Of a stretch of DNA of 64,000 bases, positions 19,120 through 29,240 are shown piece after piece. Position 1 is the stretch's first letter, and each line of letters starts with the position of its first letter. A model generated the notes under the pieces. The model saw only the letters and a list, made by a program, of their open reading frames with translations. It searched no databases and had not been told where the DNA came from. Position numbers and translations under genes: made by a program. The DNA comes from a virus. Location: the IMG/VR virus record IMGVR_UViG_3300037246_000452, positions 25,219-89,218 of that record; one strand, given 5' to 3'.

Positions 19120-19998
19120 TTAAACTGCAACCTCAATATCTATGTTGGGATATAAAGCGGCAAACGTGTTAAGGGTATCATCTGGACCGACTTCTTCCAT
19201 AAGTTCTTTAAGAGTCTTTTGTTTACCCTTACCCTTCCCCTTGCCTAATCCGTTTTCTAAGAATTGCTGACAAATGTATTCAAGAGCAACCGTGTTATAT
19301 TCCGTACCACTTGTTTTCATTTGTTTAGCCACTGCAGCTTCAATAATTTCCTTTTGGTCGGTATGCACCTTGAATGTTAGCGTGGTAACGGTATTGCCTG
19401 TATCTCCGGCCCCGTCATCACCACCTTCATCCGTACCGCCCAGACTTTTAACAGTTTCAATTAACTGCAGGCACGTCATCGAATTGGCCTTTTCAACCCA
19501 CTCTTCCACGTTCTCCTCATTAAGCAGGTGAGCAATTTCTTTCAGCTTGGTCCAGCCGACTGACTTAACGTCGTCCCACTTAACACCGGACTCAACAAGG
19601 TCTCTGTAAATCTGAACGAGATACATGGCCTTCCTGTAATGCATGCCGAATTCATCAGTGATGTAGTCCTTGAAAGACTCATGACCTGAGAACCAATCCT
19701 CCTCCTGCATTTTGGAGAGAAAACCACCGATCTTGAAGTTATTGAATTCACCTTCCTCGATGAGTTCCTTAACCAGATCAGAGACTTCAGTTTCCTTGAT
19801 GTTTTCAACGGCAAATACCGTCTGAACAATCAAGTCCTCGCTGACCTCCTTCTTTGCCTTTGTCTTCGCCTTTGGTGCTGCCTTTGTTGCTGATTCTGTT
19901 GCTCCTTCTTTCGCCTTCGTTTTAAGTGCCATATCCTTTCCTCCTGTTTTTGTAGCCTCGACCTTCGTAGTCTCTGGCTTAGTTTCTGTTTCGGCCAT
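19120..19998 (-). CDS. putative DNA-binding protein
   Basis: K/A/T-rich N-terminal tail; F..Y...EFGM.YRKAMYL..IY...GWTKLKEI helical core; own consensus promoter. Confidence 0.5.
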   Translation of the reverse strand: MAETETKPETTKVEATKTGGKDMALKTKAKEGATESATKAAPKAKTKAKKEVSEDLIVQTVFAVENIKETEVSDLVKELIEEGEFNNFKIGGFLSKMQEEDWFSGHESFKDYITDEFGMHYRKAMYLVQIYRDLVESGVKWDDVKSVGWTKLKEIAHLLNEENVEEWVEKANSMTCLQLIETVKSLGGTDEGGDDGAGDTGNTVTTLTFKVHTDQKEIIEAAVAKQMKTSGTEYNTVALEYICQQFLENGLGKGKGKGKQKTLKELMEEVGPDDTLNTFAALYPNIDIEVAV

Positions 19999-20042
19999 AT
20001 TGCCCTCCCTGATTTAGTTATTTATTAATTATTTATACTGTA

Positions 20043-20071
20043 ATTATACCTAATTGAATATGGTTTGTCAA
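20043..20071 (-). promoter_or_regulatory. sigma70-type promoter
   Basis: Perfect TTGACA-17-TATAAT; palindrome at 20080-20093. Confidence 0.85.
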
Positions 20072-20222
20072 GTAAATATTGCAGTTAATTGCAAATTACC
20101 CTAGACTATCTATCCATGCTGCAAAGGCATAACCGGCAATAAGCATTATAGGCACTGTAAATATATATACCCAAGTGTTATTACTCAACCATGCAACAAG
20201 CTTCTCCGCCCTTTCTTCACAC

Positions 20223-20525
20223 TTACAACTCATGGCTATCACCTTCATAATTGTAGTACTTACCCGCAGTCCCAAATTTCTCTTCCTTGGCCTTGTTGAT
20301 GTTGGCCCTACTCAACCTTCCGTGCTTTACAATCACGTCCACCCAGAAGAGTATATGCCCTATCTCTTCCTCAAGCTTCTCCCTATTGGTCTTGCCTGTC
20401 TTATGCTTTTTGTCGTTCCATCCGAATAGTTTAACCTTAGAGACAGCTATAGCCACTTCGTTACATTCCTCAGCCAGCTTGGTAAGGTTCTTCCGGGAGT
20501 CATTATACATTGTTCCTTGGCTCAT
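20223..20525 (-). CDS. MazG-like NTP pyrophosphohydrolase
   Basis: LAEECNEV...K..FG....N.E.LEEEIG. Confidence 0.7.
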   Translation of the reverse strand: MSQGTMYNDSRKNLTKLAEECNEVAIAVSKVKLFGWNDKKHKTGKTNREKLEEEIGHILFWVDVIVKHGRLSRANINKAKEEKFGTAGKYYNYEGDSHEL

Positions 20526-20965
20526 GATTTTTCCTCCATAGTTTTAATATCATGGCATTGGTAGCACAGTACCTGTAGCCCTGATACTGAGCAAAATAGT
20601 TTCAGTATATAAGCTCCTGCATGTGCCAGCGTAGTAAACGGTCCACACCCTTTGATATGATCTATATTGTAGGCACTGGTCTCCTTCATCCCACCCTTTG
20701 CTGCCGGCACCTTGACCTTCTCTTTGAGGTAATACGTGTCACCGCAATAGGCACAGGGAACCACCCATTTCTTCTTACTGCTATCGGTACAGGGTATTCT
20801 TGCATTAAGTACGGCATCCTTGTACATCTGACTGTTACGCCACTCCTTACGCAATGCAGCTTTCAGCTTACCTACAAACTTCCCCTCTGTCATGCCATAC
20901 TTAGGATGCTTGGCCTGTTTCTTACCCTTGCTACCATTCTTCTTCTTTGCTAAATACTTTATCAT
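20522..20965 (-). CDS. HNH endonuclease
   Basis: CAYCG ... IDHI ... LQVLCYQCHDIKT. Confidence 0.8.
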   Translation of the reverse strand: MIKYLAKKKNGSKGKKQAKHPKYGMTEGKFVGKLKAALRKEWRNSQMYKDAVLNARIPCTDSSKKKWVVPCAYCGDTYYLKEKVKVPAAKGGMKETSAYNIDHIKGCGPFTTLAHAGAYILKLFCSVSGLQVLCYQCHDIKTMEEKS

Positions 20966-21098
20966 CGTTGCTTACCCGCTACTATAAAGAAGATGGGTAG
21001 TATTATCCCTATGCATACTATCACCATACCTACATACTCCATATTGTCCCCCTGTGCAATTAATTGCAACTACTTGCGTGATTTGGCCCCTACATACT

Positions 21099-21488
21099 TT
21101 AGCTTCCCGGGTCAGCATTAACACCTATAAGGCAGCACTTCTTGTATTTCTTCCCAGACTTACAAGGGCAAGGGTCATTCCGTTTGGTTTTATTAAACTT
21201 CACCAATGTTATACCCTTCTTGGTTAGCACCCTAACTTTATCTTTCATAGCTGGGTTGTCAATCAGGAATTGAGGAAGGTCTTTCTTCTTTACCAGATCG
21301 AAGTCTTTCAACTCTGCATTACTGGCATTCCTCAACATGGCGTAAGTCACCATATCCTGATCATCCACCACCAGTATTTTCTTCTTTGGTTCCTTAAGTT
21401 TAAATGATGCCTCATCCAATATGACACCCACCTTTTGCACCCCTCTAAATGCTGGGGTTTCGTTGATGGTTTTTACTGCTGCACTCAT
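21099..21488 (-). CDS. SEC-C motif protein
   Basis: C-terminal RNDPCPCKSGKKYKKCC. Confidence 0.8.
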   Translation of the reverse strand: MSAAVKTINETPAFRGVQKVGVILDEASFKLKEPKKKILVVDDQDMVTYAMLRNASNAELKDFDLVKKKDLPQFLIDNPAMKDKVRVLTKKGITLVKFNKTKRNDPCPCKSGKKYKKCCLIGVNADPGS

Positions 21489-21671
21489 ATGTCACCTCCA
21501 ATTAATTTAAGAGCAGGTACTATATCCTCCTCAATATCCAGCTCAAGGCGGGGTAGTACTATTTCCTTTACGGTACACTCCTCCAATGCAGATTTTGGGA
21601 ATGTAACGTTAGTCACAACCGTGACGGTAATAGTTATATTGTTCCCTTTGATGTCTATATCTACACTCATT

Positions 21672-22580
21672 TTAACTCTCCTTTGGCATTGTGCCTTCTT
21701 TATATTTGTCACCGAAGCATTGCTTAGAAACCGCACACTCGGTAACTCGTTTATCGTATATGTCAATACATACTCTCCCAGAGAAACAACCTCCCTGCTC
21801 CCTGAACTCTATTACCTTTATAGCCTCGTCACATCCGTCCTGAGTCAGTGCATCGTCGCGCTTTACATGATACTCTTTGAAGGGTGTAAAAGGTGCATCT
21901 TTAAAGCCCTGCCCCTTCAGTCCATGATCAGATATCCCAAAGCCCTTAACCATATAGAGGACGGATGCCTCTTTGAGGTTGATCATCTTGGCTGCTAGGC
22001 CTCCGTACTCCTCCACCAAGCGCATGTAAAGGTTTGTTCTTTTTCTATGCTCAGCTTTGGGCGCCTTGAGGACTTTAAACTGGTCCTTATCAATAGACTT
22101 GAGTTCAACTATTCTGTATTTCTTTTCTCCGGGAAGGTGCAATAGTACATCAATGCCCCCCGATATACCAGAACTTTTTGACTTGAATCTCAGTTCCTGA
22201 TAATGCCAGTCTTGATGTCCACAGGTGCTGCATGCTCCGGGGTGTTTACAGAAAGTCACCACATGCTTGCACCTTCTACACTTCCAATCCCCCACTGCTA
22301 TAGCACGAGCCCACCTATTCCTAAATTCCTCGTGCAGTAGCTCCCCAAGATCAAAGGTGTATCGAAGGGACGTTCCAATGAACATACCCTTCTTCTCCTC
22401 CCCTGTAACATCAAGTAATTGGTACTCCCTTGCACAGAACTTCCTGTCCGGGTTCGTAATGTCTGAGGCATGCAGTCTTTTTATAGGTCTTGCCGGCTCA
22501 TACTTTGGCATGAGGTGATGCAGGTATTCCTTAATACCTTCCTTAGGCAGTAAGTCCTTAGCTTTCTTGCCCCAAGCCAT
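21672..22580 (-). CDS. Cas4-like PD-(D/E)xK exonuclease (probable start MAWGKK)
   Basis: HASD..CARE; G..LH; SGGID...ELKS...LYM; C-terminal Cys cluster. Confidence 0.75.
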   Translation of the reverse strand: MAWGKKAKDLLPKEGIKEYLHHLMPKYEPARPIKRLHASDITNPDRKFCAREYQLLDVTGEEKKGMFIGTSLRYTFDLGELLHEEFRNRWARAIAVGDWKCRRCKHVVTFCKHPGACSTCGHQDWHYQELRFKSKSSGISGGIDVLLHLPGEKKYRIVELKSIDKDQFKVLKAPKAEHRKRTNLYMRLVEEYGGLAAKMINLKEASVLYMVKGFGISDHGLKGQGFKDAPFTPFKEYHVKRDDALTQDGCDEAIKVIEFREQGGCFSGRVCIDIYDKRVTECAVSKQCFGDKYKEGTMPKES

Positions 22581-22590
22581 TCCCGATTTT

Positions 22591-23268
22591 TTAGTTGTCA
22601 AGCCCTTCAAGAGGAACCTCCACACCTTCAAAGAACACTGGCTGCATGTCCTTGAACTCTTCAAGTAGAGGGCACATAAGCTGCCTCATTTTAGGGTGTG
22701 CGAACTTAGAGATTCGTTGCGTAAACACCTCTCGCCATTGTCGGAAGTTACACGTTACTACGATCTCGGCTTTCAAATCCACAGGTAACAGACCTCGTGC
22801 TTCCTGTGCTGAGGCGCCTAGCTCAAGCTGCTCAAAGTAGTAACTCTCCGCAGCTTCCATACCCTTTACCCATGACTTCCGCCTTCGTTTCTTAGCTCGT
22901 ATAACTTCCGCTGAGTCATTCGATTGTATTGTATGGAACAAGGACTCAATTACGGTAATCTCCTTATCGAACTTCTTCTTGGAGTAGTTGCAATACCGTG
23001 TACTCTCCTGAGAGAATGAGCATAGCCTGTGTCGCACTATCTCATGAGTAATACCTCTATCCATAATGAAGTGCACACTTGCCCCTGCATGCTCTATCAC
23101 AGATAAGTGTCCCTTCTTGATGATACCTCGGATAAACGTCTCAGCATCCTCGTCCTTCTCACCTGCTATACTCTTATAGCATGTTCGTCCCGCAAACTCT
23201 ACCAATCTAAGTGAGTCACTGTAATTAGGCATCTGTAGTATCTGTGACTGTGGTTTAACGATTCTCAT
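22591..23268 (-). CDS. thyX: flavin-dependent thymidylate synthase
   Basis: GRTCYKS, GHLSVIEH, THEIVRHRLCSFSQESTRY, EARGLLP, N.RQWR. Confidence 0.93.
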   Translation of the reverse strand: MRIVKPQSQILQMPNYSDSLRLVEFAGRTCYKSIAGEKDEDAETFIRGIIKKGHLSVIEHAGASVHFIMDRGITHEIVRHRLCSFSQESTRYCNYSKKKFDKEITVIESLFHTIQSNDSAEVIRAKKRRRKSWVKGMEAAESYYFEQLELGASAQEARGLLPVDLKAEIVVTCNFRQWREVFTQRISKFAHPKMRQLMCPLLEEFKDMQPVFFEGVEVPLEGLDN

Positions 23269-23497
23269 AATTCCTCCTTATTGTCTAAAAAATATCCTTC
23301 ACTCTCATCAAAACTAGGCTCTGCTAACGTACATCCACAAGCCCAGCATTCACCATCTTCTTTATTTACAAAGGCCTTACACTGAGGACACCTCAGACTT
23401 TCTTTCTTAAAAGTCTCCCCATGTCCCACCCGGTAGTTATCTGTTGTTGGCATCTGGATACAAGGGTAGTCTCCTAAACATCCGTCATCACCCCCAC

Positions 23498-23890
23498 TCA
23501 TGGCTTACCTGCCCCTTCAAAAGTACCATTAGGCTTAGTCTCCTCTTCCTTAGCATCATGCCCTGCTGCAACTTCTTCTGCCAGCATGTAGGAGTAATTA
23601 CCTAAATCCCCTGCGGTGTCTATCATAGACTCATCCTTTACCTGCTGGTCCTTCCCGCTGAATCTCAGATTAGCGAAGCGCATCATCTTATCCGTCATCC
23701 TTACCAGTAGCCCGAACTGGATGAAGTCTTCCACCGTTTCTAGTTTAGCAGAACCCCCACACATTTCCCTCAGGATTCCACCTGTCTTCTGATATGAACT
23801 TCCATAATCATTGTTCTTGGCCTTAAATATCTCAGCCCCCTCATGCATTCGTGCTGGTACTCCTTGTGCTTGTGCTTTTGCTTTTTCCAT
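23498..23890 (-). CDS. nucleotide-modification-associated (Nmad1/DUF1599-like) protein
   Basis: F..KN.DYGSSY...R..DK..R..NL.....ES..DT..DL.NY. Confidence 0.7.
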   Translation of the reverse strand: MEKAKAQAQGVPARMHEGAEIFKAKNNDYGSSYQKTGGILREMCGGSAKLETVEDFIQFGLLVRMTDKMMRFANLRFSGKDQQVKDESMIDTAGDLGNYSYMLAEEVAAGHDAKEEETKPNGTFEGAGKP

Positions 23891-23891
23891 T

Positions 23892-24323
23892 CTACCCTCC
23901 TTGATATTCTTTTAATGCTCTCTCTATGGGCCATCCACGCTTCAACCTATGTAATACTGTGTGAGTTGATAACCCTAATCTCTTTGACCACCCCGGGGCA
24001 GTATCAGTGACATCCTTAAAAGTGTACATCTTAACTCTAGGTTGATTACAACTTTGTTCTTTGGCTGTCGCCCATCTGCAATTCTTTTTGGAGTAACCCT
24101 TTGTTCCGTCTTTCCTATCGATAGACATGCCTTCAGGTTTTTCCCCCATATCCTTAAAGAAGTTAGCGAAATTATCCCACCGTTTACAGAGCTTTATACC
24201 TTTACCTCCATACCGAGGATATTTGTGATGATTTGGATTGTTGCATCTCGCCCTAATTCCTTTCCATAACACATACAACGCTGTACTTGACATTCCATGT
24301 GTTGCGTTACCATGTTTACGCAT
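23892..24323 (-). CDS. HNH homing endonuclease
   Basis: Paralog of 18433 and 30220; own promoter TTGACA-17-TAGACT at 24357-24385. Confidence 0.85.
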   Translation of the reverse strand: MRKHGNATHGMSSTALYVLWKGIRARCNNPNHHKYPRYGGKGIKLCKRWDNFANFFKDMGEKPEGMSIDRKDGTKGYSKKNCRWATAKEQSCNQPRVKMYTFKDVTDTAPGWSKRLGLSTHTVLHRLKRGWPIERALKEYQGG

Positions 24324-24370
24324 GTGGCCTCCTTAAATATTAAATTTATATATTTAAGTCTACCAAATTA

Positions 24371-24766
24371 TTACTTGTTTGTCAATTCTTTAAAGGTATG
24401 CATTTTCATAACTATAAACTCAGAGTCAATGTCCTGTAGCTCTCCTGTGTCGTCTACAAAGGAAAGAGTAAGCAGAGGCACCCTGCCTGTTTCTCGTGCC
24501 TCCACTCCAATTTTATTAAGCCATGATTTCTTAAGGGATATAGACTGATGAATGGTAGCCTTGGCCTCAATTCTAAACTCTATACCTTTAAGTGTTGTGG
24601 TACCATCACTCTTAGCCCCCACCATTGCCCCGCTTCCCGGTGTCAACCTCCCCTTTAAACCGACGACAACCCTTTTCTCAGAAGTTGTTCCATGATCTTT
24701 ACGTGCTCCTGTAGAAAATCTATTGCCTAAGATTTTAGCCATACAGCAACTCCAGATTGGCGTCAA
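24371..24766 (-). CDS. Holliday junction resolvase-like PD-(D/E)xK nuclease
   Basis: E......G...PGSGA....KSD......IEAK.T...S.SLK..WL.KI; downstream of recA. Confidence 0.7.
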   Translation of the reverse strand: MTPIWSCCMAKILGNRFSTGARKDHGTTSEKRVVVGLKGRLTPGSGAMVGAKSDGTTTLKGIEFRIEAKATIHQSISLKKSWLNKIGVEARETGRVPLLTLSFVDDTGELQDIDSEFIVMKMHTFKELTNK

Positions 24767-25907
24767 TTACTGCCTGCTCATAGTACTTTTTAAGTTCTGT
24801 ATTATTGTTTAAATGTTCTTTTAGTGCCTGCTGAGTTTTAAATTCAAATTTCTCTTCCAAGGATACTACATCATGTAAGCTCCATTTATTCTTACCTTGC
24901 TGTATTAGTCCAAAGTCTTTCAAAAATCCTGATAATGTTGCCCAACTCTCAACATATCCAGCTGGATTATCATTGAAGGGCAACATCTGCATATCATAAA
25001 CAATGTTCTTGGATACAATAGGAACTCGGTGCTTCATGATAGTTACTGCCGTTTCCTTGTAGCATGCTAAGGCTTCACTGATTGTCTTATCAAGTTTCTC
25101 CTTACCGTATATCCTACATGTAAGCCCTGATGCATGTTCCAATGTTGCTCCCCCGGGTTGATATTCAGGGTCACCAAACATCTGGCCTATTTTTGTTCTT
25201 ACCTGATTAATGAAAATCGGTGTTGGGTACCTGCCATTTGCTTCTGCTCTAGTTAACCCAACCAAACATTTCCTCATTAAAGTGCCTATCAATTTACTGG
25301 CACCTCCCACTGCTGCTTTCTCTGCTGAATTGGCATCTTCATTTTTGGTAAGAATACTTCCCAAAGAATCGAAGAGGATAATAGATACATCATCAGCATT
25401 AAGCATAGCCTCAAACATATCTACGGCTTCCTCCCCCCAAGTGGGCTTTAGAACTATCAACCTATCAATGTCAACTCCCAACAGTGCCCACCATACAGGG
25501 TCATAGGACTTCTCTACATCTATTACCACACAATAGAGGTGAGGATTAATCTTTTGCTCCATAGCTATAGTGAGTATGGCAAGATTCGTTTTCCCCGAAC
25601 TCTTCTTCCCGTAAAAGATACTGGCTTTCCCCCTCGGAACACCCCCGCCAGTTCCTAAGTCAAACGGATATACCCCTGTAGGAATGCGCTCAACATTACC
25701 AATCTCTCCTCCAATGGAGCCTGCTGCTTCCCCCATAACCGTTTTAACATTCTTCATTACATCAAGAACTGAATTTCCCGTCCCAGCTGCGAACTTATCC
25801 TTGTTATCCTGCTTACTCTTCTTTGTATTGTTCTTATGGACTACAACAGGGACTTTCTTTTTTTCTGTATCGTTTCCTGTTGCGCTTTTCTTAACCTTTT
25901 TAACCAT
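24735..25907 (-). CDS. recA: RecA recombinase
   Basis: IPTG...D...GGG.PRG; G..SSGKT; IDVE; FDSL; FINQVR.KIG.MFGDPE.QPGG. Confidence 0.92.
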   Translation of the reverse strand: MVKKVKKSATGNDTEKKKVPVVVHKNNTKKSKQDNKDKFAAGTGNSVLDVMKNVKTVMGEAAGSIGGEIGNVERIPTGVYPFDLGTGGGVPRGKASIFYGKKSSGKTNLAILTIAMEQKINPHLYCVVIDVEKSYDPVWWALLGVDIDRLIVLKPTWGEEAVDMFEAMLNADDVSIILFDSLGSILTKNEDANSAEKAAVGGASKLIGTLMRKCLVGLTRAEANGRYPTPIFINQVRTKIGQMFGDPEYQPGGATLEHASGLTCRIYGKEKLDKTISEALACYKETAVTIMKHRVPIVSKNIVYDMQMLPFNDNPAGYVESWATLSGFLKDFGLIQQGKNKWSLHDVVSLEEKFEFKTQQALKEHLNNNTELKKYYEQAVIDANLELLYG

Positions 25908-25941
25908 ACTTCAATCCTCCTGACTATTGCAATTAATTTCA

Positions 25942-26256
25942 CTAGGACTCAAGGTCGTCAAGCATACCCTGCATTTTTTTACCTACCCACTCATACCCCT
26001 CATTGAAAGCCTCATCAAGGTCAACCTTCTCACAAGGAATTGATACCCCTACATCGAACCGGATACTTTCATAGTCTCCAAGGTTCACGGTCTTACCAGC
26101 TTTGACTGTTACAATGCATGCCTCCCCTTCTATAATCTTACCCCCCAAATCCTCCTCTTGGGTATCAATCACTTCATCCTCACCTTTACCTTTAGTCATC
26201 GTAACCGTGCCTTTACCTTTTGCCAGTTCTTCTTTCTTTTTCTTAAACTTTAGCAT
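25942..26256 (-). CDS. hypothetical phage protein
   Basis: TVNLGDYESIRFDV motif; within the recombination operon. Confidence 0.7.
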   Translation of the reverse strand: MLKFKKKKEELAKGKGTVTMTKGKGEDEVIDTQEEDLGGKIIEGEACIVTVKAGKTVNLGDYESIRFDVGVSIPCEKVDLDEAFNEGYEWVGKKMQGMLDDLES

Positions 26257-26270
26257 AATTCCTCCTTGTC

Positions 26271-26711
26271 TTAAATTGCATTATACCATTGACCTTCTAG
26301 TGTATTCATGGCCGTTGTCTTCGCGCCTTTGTCTTTGCCTAGAAGTTTTGCCTTTACCTTCTGTAGCAGTCCCACTTGATGCTTCGTGTAGCACCTATGA
26401 GGTGTATCGAATATCTGTGAGGGTATCCAATTCTTTTGCTCCCAGATCAGGAGAAGCTTAGTAGTAATCCCAAGTCTGTTTGCCACGGTCCTTGCCTTGT
26501 AAGCCAGTATTTCTTTACCGTTATACTCTTTCCTACTCATCCCGGCAGGTGGCTTAATGCTGGCCTTATACTCCCGAGCTTTCTTTTTTAATAGCTCCCT
26601 GTGCTCCGGGTCGTTGTCATACTTATCCTTCCTGTCCTTCGCAATCGTAACTTTGTTATTAATGTAATGCTGTTTATGTGAAAACCCATTACCATTTTTA
26701 TGTCGTCCCAT
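26271..26711 (-). CDS. MerR-like HTH protein
   Basis: VANRLGITTKLLLIWEQKNWIP....HRCYT..QV. Confidence 0.6.
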   Translation of the reverse strand: MGRHKNGNGFSHKQHYINNKVTIAKDRKDKYDNDPEHRELLKKKAREYKASIKPPAGMSRKEYNGKEILAYKARTVANRLGITTKLLLIWEQKNWIPSQIFDTPHRCYTKHQVGLLQKVKAKLLGKDKGAKTTAMNTLEGQWYNAI

Positions 26712-26719
26712 ACATCCCC

Positions 26720-28126
26720 CTATTTATCTACTACAATCGCGCCTATCTCATGATACCACGCTAATCTTTTATTTTCGTATCCCTGAAATACGTTACTGGT
26801 CTTGTCCAGTACATCAAAGACTATTGGCACCACGCCTTTAACCTTTCCCCACTCTGAAGCATCTATCTTACCTTCATACTCCCTCAATATCCTGCCCACT
26901 GTCTGCCTTACATCTGAGCGAGGATGACATAGGATTGCTGTATTCCACCAAGGGGCGTCAGTACCCTCTTCACACATCTTAAATGTTGCTAGGACTAATG
27001 GGAGGGCTTTAATACGATCTCGTTCTGCCTCTGCCTTAATACCCCCTATGAAGTACCCCATGTCATCTTTAGGTACTCCAAGCCCTCTAAGCTTCCCCTC
27101 TAACAGTTCTAACATTTCTTTTGTCTCAGAGAATACCACCACGTTTCTGCCAGCCTTATGGCATTGCCTAGCAAATTGCGCTATCAGGTTCGTCCTGCTT
27201 TTATGCCTCGACAACATCTTATTTAGATGCATGGTCTTGCCGGCCGTATGTGGTAGTGGGCCTATACTTGACTCCCCTGTTACTTTATCTTTTATTACTA
27301 CCTGCGGTATCTTCCATGTAGACGTAACCCGTATTACCTTTGGTACCATAGGGAGTCCGTCTGCTACTATTCGTACAGGACCAATATGTGCCCTAAATAC
27401 CACATCCCTACCATCCTTACGTTTGGGGGTGGCAGATAGGCCCATCCTTAATAATGCCGGGAAGAGCCACATAGCCTCACTAAACTTTTCTGCCCCCATC
27501 CTGTGAACCTCATCACATATTATAAACCCGAAGTCTTTATACACCCAAGAAGGATATCTCCCTCTTTTGCAAAGACTCTGCATGTATCCTATAACTACTT
27601 TCTTTCCTACAACATCACATTTGTCCCCGTATATCTCCCCGATCTCTGAATCCTTTAACCCCAGAAAGTCCCTGCAAGCTTTGCGCCACTGGCCCTTCAA
27701 GTCTTCTTTATGTACCATTATGAGAGTTTTTCTTCCCACATTGGCAATCAACTGCATACTACAGGCAGTCTTTCCCTTTCCTGTTGCAGCCTGAATCACA
27801 AATGACTCTCTTGCTTGCAGGAGCTTTGTCGCGTCACGGACTATCCTGACTTGATCATCGTTCCTTGGCTTAAATGATGAAGTGAAATTAATTGCAGGGC
27901 CAACCACTCGTCTGTCGTCATCAGATACAGGTGTACAGTTTCTAGGTATCTCTATCAATGGTTTACTACTATTGGTGCTGAGTAGTCTATACATCTTGAT
28001 ATCTTCTTTGTCTTCAAACCTAGACTTACGGGTGTACATCTTCTCAAATGCCTTAGTATATTCGTACACTGCTGAACTTCCTGTCCATAGTGGTTTTTGT
28101 GTCTGCATCAACTTCTTCATCTTCAC
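26720..28126 (-). CDS. superfamily 2 helicase
   Basis: AATGKGKT, DEVH, LSATP, EGTD, QTVGRILR. Confidence 0.92.
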   Translation of the reverse strand: MKMKKLMQTQKPLWTGSSAVYEYTKAFEKMYTRKSRFEDKEDIKMYRLLSTNSSKPLIEIPRNCTPVSDDDRRVVGPAINFTSSFKPRNDDQVRIVRDATKLLQARESFVIQAATGKGKTACSMQLIANVGRKTLIMVHKEDLKGQWRKACRDFLGLKDSEIGEIYGDKCDVVGKKVVIGYMQSLCKRGRYPSWVYKDFGFIICDEVHRMGAEKFSEAMWLFPALLRMGLSATPKRKDGRDVVFRAHIGPVRIVADGLPMVPKVIRVTSTWKIPQVVIKDKVTGESSIGPLPHTAGKTMHLNKMLSRHKSRTNLIAQFARQCHKAGRNVVVFSETKEMLELLEGKLRGLGVPKDDMGYFIGGIKAEAERDRIKALPLVLATFKMCEEGTDAPWWNTAILCHPRSDVRQTVGRILREYEGKIDASEWGKVKGVVPIVFDVLDKTSNVFQGYENKRLAWYHEIGAIVVDK

Positions 28127-28196
28127 TCCTTGATAGAGGAATTACGGGGGGCGGTGTAGTGTGGTGGCCCGACCCCCCGACCTCAATTACTTAGAC

Positions 28197-28955
28197 TTAC
28201 AGCTCATTCTTATAAGATTGACCAGCATCACTTCCACTCTGATCTGCAGAACCCATGGCCTTTGTGCCGAAGCCCAACTTTCTCAGTTCATCTGCAGTAC
28301 GGTACTCAAGGAATTCTCCATAATCCAGAGGCTCACATACCGTATCTGGAAGCTCCTTTTGAATTTCTTTGAGGGTGTTGGTCTCATCATAATCAAAGAC
28401 GTTACCTACCCCAGCCTCCTTGTCCCCTGTACGTGATACATCAAAGGTTGCTCCGGTCAGACCACCACGCTTAGCAGCTATCTTCTGAAGTTGCTTGACA
28501 GTACCACGTTTGGCAATAAAGAGTTTAATCTGGTCTTCATACACTGTACCATCCTTGGCAGTATACTTGTCATGATCGATAATAGTCAACGCCCCTGCAA
28601 GATAAGGTTTGTCACCCCCCTGACATAGTGGGCAGGGCTCACTGTCCTGAGTACATATAAAGTAGTTCTGGTACGAACCATTCAAGAACATACTATGCTC
28701 ATAGTACATCAGCATGTCGAGTACACCGTCGTCGTCCAGTGCTCCATCCATGAATGTAATCATGTTGTCCTTGTTTGGTGGCATCCAGTACCGTCTTGGT
28801 TTGCCAGCTGCTTCCTTAGCTGCCTGAGCTTTTTGCTCTTCCTGCTCCATGGATTCAGCTGCTGCCTTTCCTTTTTTCATCCAACCAGTATTGGTGGACT
28901 TTTCCTTCTTCGGCTCAGCTGATTTAGCTGCTGCCTTATTCTTCTTTTTAATCAT
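28197..28955 (-). CDS. single-stranded DNA-binding protein (gp32-like)
   Basis: Y.EH...C......CPLC zinc motif, F.VSR.G; sits between primase and helicase; promoter at 29004-29032. Confidence 0.65.
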   Translation of the reverse strand: MIKKKNKAAAKSAEPKKEKSTNTGWMKKGKAAAESMEQEEQKAQAAKEAAGKPRRYWMPPNKDNMITFMDGALDDDGVLDMLMYYEHSMFLNGSYQNYFICTQDSEPCPLCQGGDKPYLAGALTIIDHDKYTAKDGTVYEDQIKLFIAKRGTVKQLQKIAAKRGGLTGATFDVSRTGDKEAGVGNVFDYDETNTLKEIQKELPDTVCEPLDYGEFLEYRTADELRKLGFGTKAMGSADQSGSDAGQSYKNEL

Positions 28956-29240
28956 GGTTCTTCTCCTTTTTGGGTTTTGTATGACTCTCGGTCATCTTCG
29001 GTAAGGATACTAAACAAACGTGAATTTGTCAAGTCTTTAATCTTACTTGTACTACTCCTTCTCGCAGAGGGCATCTTGGGTCCACCCAACCCATGCGCTC
29101 TGCACCATCCGCTAACAAATCCAATTCAAAATGTTGTAACGTACAGACCTGTTCATTTCTAAATACTGCCAGCATAGGCTTTGCCTGTGTTACATTTTTT
29201 CTAAAGGGACATGCCTCACATGATCTAACAATGTACTCTT

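Noticed and set aside
21672-22664. Cas4-like gene as evidence of CRISPR-Cas
   Set aside because: No array or other cas genes seen; solo Cas4-like nucleases are common in phage recombination modules
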